The notes under the pieces were generated by a model. It saw only the letters and a list, made by a program, of their open reading frames with translations. It made no database searches and had not been told where the DNA came from. A stretch of 64,000 nucleotides of DNA from Borreliella garinii (GTDB lineage Bacteria > Spirochaetota > Spirochaetia > JABEVK01), in assembly GCA_020720765.1 (NCBI GenBank), contig DYOB01000003.1, forward strand, positions 3,170 through 67,169, read 5' to 3'. This document shows positions 59,429-64,000 of the stretch, piece by piece (position 1 is the stretch's first letter; every line of letters starts with the position of its first letter). Made by a program: the position numbers and the translations under genes.

Positions 59429-62400
59429 CTACTCTAAAGCGAGGTTGGCCCTCCAGACCTCCATACACCAGGGTTGTCCTAGTATTTTTTTCATATCCTC
59501 GGGGGAGGTTGAAAGGGAAAAAGGGGCTAAGATCCGCGTTTCCGACTTTAAATCCTTTGGTTGAAGGTAGATAGCCAATTTCGCAGGACCAGTTAAAGCC
59601 CTCAAGTAGTCGTGGATGACCATGATATCGCTGGTTTTATAAAAGTCGGGTTTTATTCTGATACAAACCCCCATAGCCTGGTTCGATACCAGTGAAAGAG
59701 GAAGTTCGAGGTCGTTGACAATAAACTGGGCCTCGTTCTCATAAAAATCCACCCGGCCTTTTAGCCCGACGATGGTGTCTTCCAGGTAAGACTCGTGTAC
59801 CCGTTCGTACACTTTCGGGTACATCCTCAACTGGATGCTTCCGTGAAAATCTTCAAGAACACCGCTGGCCATGGTATCACCCTTTTTCGTCGCAAAAGTG
59901 CGGAGATTTTTTAGTTGTCCGAAAATCTGATAATCTTTATTGGTGTCGGCCTTTCTGACCTTTTTCAGATCCAGGGAGGTGTAAGATTCCCACTCTTTAT
60001 AGTATTCATCCATGGGGTGTCCCGAGAAAAAAAAGCCGAGAAGTTTCTTTTCGGTTTCCAGCCTCTTATTTTTTTCAATCTCTGGCATTTCCTCCATCCT
60101 TAAGGGCGGGAGGTCTTCGCCGGCATCCCCGAAAAGACTCGATTGTCCCGAAGCCTGATCTTCCTTCACCGATAAGACTCTTTCAAGGAGTTTGGGGAGG
60201 TAGTGGATCATGGTGGCGCGGTTAGGGCCCAACCCGTCCATGGCACCGCAAAGAATCAAAAATTCTACAACTTTGTGACCGATAACCCGGTTATTGACCC
60301 TTTCCAGGAAATCCAGGAGATCTCTAAAAGGCCCCTTGGATTCCCTGGCCCGGAGTATTTCGTCCACGGGGCCGTCGCCGAGATTTTTCACACCGAGAAG
60401 CCCGAAAACAATTTTCCCCTCGTGGACTGCAAAGTACTTTTCGCTGAGGTTGACGTGGGGCGGGGCGAGTTCCAAATCCATTAGTTTGGCTTCTTCAATG
60501 TATTCGCCGAGTTTGTCGTGGTTGGCCATTTCGTTTGTAAGGTTGGCGGCAAGAAATTCAGCCGGGTGGTTGGCCTTGAGATACGCTGTCATATAAGCGA
60601 GAACGGAATACGCGGCAGCGTGGCTTTTATTGAAACCGTAGTCTGCAAAAGGCACGAGAAGTTCAAAGACCTCATCGGCGAGTTTTTCTGAGTAGCCGAG
60701 TTTTTTCGCCCCTTCAATAAAAGGAATTTTCTCAGGAGGTAATAGGTACTTTTTCTTTTTACCCATAATTCGGCGTAGAAGGTCTGCGCGTCCCAGGCTG
60801 TACCCTGCAATCTTCCTGGCGATTTCCATCACCTGTTCCTGGTACACGATAACACCGTAGGTGGGCTTTAAAATGGTTTCCAAGTCCGGATGGGGGTAGG
60901 AGATGGATCGTTTTCCTAGTTTTGATTCTGCGAATTGGGGAATGTTCGCCATAGGGCCGGGGCGGTACAAAGCGTTGAGGGCCGTCAGTTCCTCGATGCT
61001 TTTCGGTTGGGATTTTTTGAGAACCTTACGCATGCCGAAGCTCTCAAACTGGAACACCATGGAACTTTTTCCCTCGCAAAGCATTTTAAAGGTTGCCTCA
61101 TCTTGCGTGGGAATCTCTTCTTCCTTTATAACAATGTTGCGTTTTTTTAGGAGTTTTAAAGTATTCCGAACGAGAGTCAGGGTTTTCAACCCGAGAAAGT
61201 CCATTTTTACAAGACCGCAGTCTTCCAAAAGTTCCATGGTGTACTGTGTTGAAATACCGCCTGTTTTTGGATCCTTATAGAGCGGGACGAAATCAGTAAG
61301 GTGGCTTTTCCCTATCACGATTCCCGCCGCATGCGTGCTTGCGTGCCTATTCATTCCTTCGATAAAACAGGCTGTGTCAAAAAGCTCCTTATAGATACCG
61401 CCCTGGTCGTAAAGGTTTTTCAACTCAGGGGTTGCCTGGATCATTTTTTTCAATTTCATGGGTTTGTCGGTTTCGGGATCGACAAGTTTATCGTTGACAA
61501 ATTTCGTGATGAAATTACTTTCGTTAAAGCTGATGCCGAGGACACGTCCCACATCCTTAACCGCGGCTTTGGGTTTTAAAGTTCCAAAGGTGATGATCTG
61601 ACCCACGCTGTCTTTCCCATATTTTTCAGTAACATAATCGATAACTTCACCGCGTCTTTCGAAGCAAAAATCCACATCGAAGTCCGGCATGCTGATACGT
61701 TCGGGGTTTAAAAACCGTTCAAAGAGAAGCAAGTACTGAAGTGGGTCCAGATCTGTGATTCTCAGACTGTAAGCGACCAAACTCCCCGCACCCGAGCCGC
61801 GGCCTGGACCTACGGGAATTTCATTGTCCTTAGCCCAGTTGATAAAATCCGCGACAATTAAAAAATAACCAACGAAGTCCATTAAAATGATGATGCCCAA
61901 TTCATAATCAAGCCTATCGAGAATTTCCTTGGTCAAGGTCGAATACCGTTTTCTCAGTCCCCGGTGGGAGAGATAAATAAAATATCGGGTCACCGGTGAA
62001 TTCAACCGTTTCCTGTATTGGGCACGAACCAAAGAAGAAACTTCGTTAAGGGGCTTTTTACCGTAACTTTTATGGGTTTTAGCTACTGCTTCGTCCGAAA
62101 GGGATTCAAGGTAAAGCGATACGCGGGCCGTGTCCTCGTGTGTGGATTCCTGTTGATCGATGTCGAAGGTGGCCGGAACGTCAAACTCAGGGAGAAGCGG
62201 ACCGGGAAAAAGCATGGTGACGTTGCATGAAGCAGCGATTTTAACGGTATTTTCCACAGCCTCGGGGTATTTCTGGAAAAGTTGTTCCATTTCCTGGGCG
62301 GAGCGGAAACAGTATTCACCGAAACCCCTGCGTGTGCGGCCAAGGTCATTTTTTTTCTGCCCTGTTCCAATGCATTGGAGGGTATCCTGGTATTCCGCGT

Positions 62401-63007
62401 GTTCTCTTTCGATGTAAATCACTTTATTTGTGGCAACCAAGGGGAGGCTGAGTTTTTTACCGAGATCAACGAGAAGGGCGATAAGTTTCCTTTCTTCCGG
62501 TAGACCATGATCCATAATCTCCAGGTAGAATCTTTCGGGGAAAATCCGGGCGAAATCCCTTGCTACTGTTTCCGCCTCATTGAGTTGGTTCTTGAGTAGA
62601 AGTGAGGCAACTCGGCTTTTTTCATCACCGGAAAGCAAAATAACACCTACGGAATGTTTTTCTAACACCTCAAGGTTGATAGAGGGTTTTTCCCCCAAGG
62701 ATTCAAGAAATCCCAATGAACTCATGAGTTGAATATTGTGCCAGCCCTTATCGTTTTGTGCGAGGAGGGTCACGTTGTGGAAGGCCGAGTCGGTTTGAAT
62801 ATCAAGAGAAATTCCTAGAACCGGTTGGATACCCTGTTTCTTAGCTTCTTTGTAAAAACGCGCTGAACCGAAAAGATTCCCCGAATCCGTGAGGGCTACG
62901 GCCGACATACCCGATTCCTTAGCCTTTTTTATGAGTTTTTCAACAGTCGTGCAGCCTTCAAGTAAAGAGAAATCCGACCTGCAGTTAAGATGGACAAATT
63001 CGGGCAT
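59429..63007 (-). CDS. dnaE: DNA polymerase III alpha subunit
   Basis: Probable start MPEFVHLNCRSDFSLLEG (PHP domain), with polymerase core, HhH and OB domains. The listed ORF starts 5 codons earlier. Confidence 0.9.
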   Translation of the reverse strand: MPEFVHLNCRSDFSLLEGCTTVEKLIKKAKESGMSAVALTDSGNLFGSARFYKEAKKQGIQPVLGISLDIQTDSAFHNVTLLAQNDKGWHNIQLMSSLGFLESLGEKPSINLEVLEKHSVGVILLSGDEKSRVASLLLKNQLNEAETVARDFARIFPERFYLEIMDHGLPEERKLIALLVDLGKKLSLPLVATNKVIYIEREHAEYQDTLQCIGTGQKKNDLGRTRRGFGEYCFRSAQEMEQLFQKYPEAVENTVKIAASCNVTMLFPGPLLPEFDVPATFDIDQQESTHEDTARVSLYLESLSDEAVAKTHKSYGKKPLNEVSSLVRAQYRKRLNSPVTRYFIYLSHRGLRKRYSTLTKEILDRLDYELGIIILMDFVGYFLIVADFINWAKDNEIPVGPGRGSGAGSLVAYSLRITDLDPLQYLLLFERFLNPERISMPDFDVDFCFERRGEVIDYVTEKYGKDSVGQIITFGTLKPKAAVKDVGRVLGISFNESNFITKFVNDKLVDPETDKPMKLKKMIQATPELKNLYDQGGIYKELFDTACFIEGMNRHASTHAAGIVIGKSHLTDFVPLYKDPKTGGISTQYTMELLEDCGLVKMDFLGLKTLTLVRNTLKLLKKRNIVIKEEEIPTQDEATFKMLCEGKSSMVFQFESFGMRKVLKKSQPKSIEELTALNALYRPGPMANIPQFAESKLGKRSISYPHPDLETILKPTYGVIVYQEQVMEIARKIAGYSLGRADLLRRIMGKKKKYLLPPEKIPFIEGAKKLGYSEKLADEVFELLVPFADYGFNKSHAAAYSVLAYMTAYLKANHPAEFLAANLTNEMANHDKLGEYIEEAKLMDLELAPPHVNLSEKYFAVHEGKIVFGLLGVKNLGDGPVDEILRARESKGPFRDLLDFLERVNNRVIGHKVVEFLILCGAMDGLGPNRATMIHYLPKLLERVLSVKEDQASGQSSLFGDAGEDLPPLRMEEMPEIEKNKRLETEKKLLGFFFSGHPMDEYYKEWESYTSLDLKKVRKADTNKDYQIFGQLKNLRTFATKKGDTMASGVLEDFHGSIQLRMYPKVYERVHESYLEDTIVGLKGRVDFYENEAQFIVNDLELPLSLVSNQAMGVCIRIKPDFYKTSDIMVIHDYLRALTGPAKLAIYLQPKDLKSETRILAPFSLSTSPEDMKKILGQPWCMEVWRANLALE

Positions 63008-63021
63008 AAAAGCCTCCTTCA

Positions 63022-63879
63022 TTAAAAATAGGGATTCATCACCGATTCTGACAGGTCTTTAAAAGTACGATAAACAAAGGTTCTGATTTTTTCTTTTCGG
63101 CGTTCGGGGTCGGCGGTTTCGTATTTCTGAGATTGAATTATAAGCCTTGAGACCAGATATTGTATATCTTTATCCTTTAAAGGAAAGTTTTGACCGGCCA
63201 GAGATTCTTCGGCGGCAAGATCTCTTATGAGATTTCCATTTTCCAAAATAACACCAACCCGTATTATCCCTAGTGCTTCTTTACTTGCTGAAGCGAGTGC
63301 CGCAAAACGCATTCCGCGGTTTGTTTCTGTGTTCCATTTGCCTATCGAGGAATATCTGAAAAAATTCCAAATATCCGACGGAACGCGCACACGGGTCAAA
63401 ATCTCTTCTTTCTTTATAGGTATGCCGCCAGCCTCCCAAATTCTATCGGAATTTAACCAAACCGAGGAGTTCGCTGAGCGGATTTCTACCGCAGAGCCCA
63501 GGAGAAAAATAGGAAGAAAAAGATCACCGGGTTTGGGCTGCATACATAAATTGCCGCCCAATGTTATTATGTTTTTCATCGGCCAGGATGCAAACTGACC
63601 TAAAACTTCGCGCAACAACTCTGGAACTCTGGAACTTTTTAGGTCTATCAGTTCTCCCAGGGTAACAGAAGACCCGAATTCCAAACCCCTTTCATTCGCC
63701 TGAATTTTTTTAAGTTCCCTTACCTTATGTAGGCTGATGGCCACACGTTTAAGGATGAGCGAGCCGTCGCTGTTTTGGGGAATATGCGAACCACCTCCAA
63801 GGATGGTGGCATCCGGGTTTGCTTTTGCTAAAAGGAGCGCTTGGCTCAGTGTTTCGGGTGAATAAATCAGGGTGTTCAT
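63022..63879 (-). CDS. FAD-binding subunit of a xanthine dehydrogenase/CO dehydrogenase family molybdoenzyme (CoxM-like)
   Basis: The internal start MNTLIYSPETLSQALLLAKANPDATILGGGSHI matches the FAD_binding_5 N-terminus. The longer listed start (63957) would overlap the upstream gene by 77 nt. Confidence 0.55.
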   Translation of the reverse strand: MNTLIYSPETLSQALLLAKANPDATILGGGSHIPQNSDGSLILKRVAISLHKVRELKKIQANERGLEFGSSVTLGELIDLKSSRVPELLREVLGQFASWPMKNIITLGGNLCMQPKPGDLFLPIFLLGSAVEIRSANSSVWLNSDRIWEAGGIPIKKEEILTRVRVPSDIWNFFRYSSIGKWNTETNRGMRFAALASASKEALGIIRVGVILENGNLIRDLAAEESLAGQNFPLKDKDIQYLVSRLIIQSQKYETADPERRKEKIRTFVYRTFKDLSESVMNPYF

Positions 63880-63880
63880 C

Positions 63881-64000
63881 TTATCGAGGGCCACGGCGCT
63901 GTTCCTTGATTTTAAAGAAGAGGTTGGCGGTTTCCACATACTCGTCTTCCCTTCCACAGACGCAGGGGATCATGGAAAGAGATTGATAGATCTGATGCTG
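63881..64000 (-). CDS. 3' end of an upstream gene running off the window, unknown (Cys-rich ...SMIPCVCGREDEYVETANLFF...), possibly the Fe–S partner subunit
   Basis: Open minus-strand frame to the window edge, with a stop TAA 1 nt before the FAD-subunit ATG. Confidence 0.25.
   Translation of the reverse strand, partial: QHQIYQSLSMIPCVCGREDEYVETANLFFKIKEQRRGPR

Noticed and set aside
63880-63957. Long start (63957) for the FAD-binding subunit
   Set aside because: It would overlap the upstream minus-strand gene's last 26 codons. The internal Met at 63879 matches the FAD_binding_5 N-terminus and sits 1 nt after the upstream stop.

Overview
This window looks like the chromosomal replication-origin region of a spirochete-like bacterium, about 50% GC. 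The call rests on gene order: dnaA–dnaN–recF–DUF721 (DciA-like)–rpmH–rnpA–yidD–yidC–jag–ilvD all run on the minus strand, and gyrB–gyrA diverge from dnaA, as in Borrelia. No taxon can be named from the sequence alone. DnaA-box clusters sit on both sides of dnaA. The rest is mostly core genome: parA/parB; a stable-RNA block of four tRNAs and a probable SRP RNA; dnaX–ybaB–recR; gatCAB with an archaeal-type aspS; nadABC; aroG, recG and dnaE; lgt, an S41 protease and rsmE; glycosyltransferases. Three accessory-looking islands stand out. (1) A secreted papain-family (C1) cysteine peptidase with three Fn3 domains, a Pro/Thr linker containing a 12-nt poly-G tract and an acidic FF-repeat tail; immediately upstream and overlapping it by 4 nt is a small lipoprotein carrying the canonical cystatin QVVAG motif, so this looks like an undescribed protease/inhibitor pair. 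(2) Two tandem paralogous ExeM/NucH-like extracellular endonuclease lipoproteins sit next to two secreted or outer-membrane hypothetical proteins. (3) A MinD/ParA-like ATPase is coupled to a 971-aa FapA/DUF342 beta-helix protein. dnaX ends right after an A10 tract, and its C-terminal domain is encoded in the -1 frame with no start codon, which points to programmed frameshift, transcriptional slippage or a homopolymer error. No CRISPR array, transposase, integrase or restriction-modification or toxin-antitoxin genes were found.
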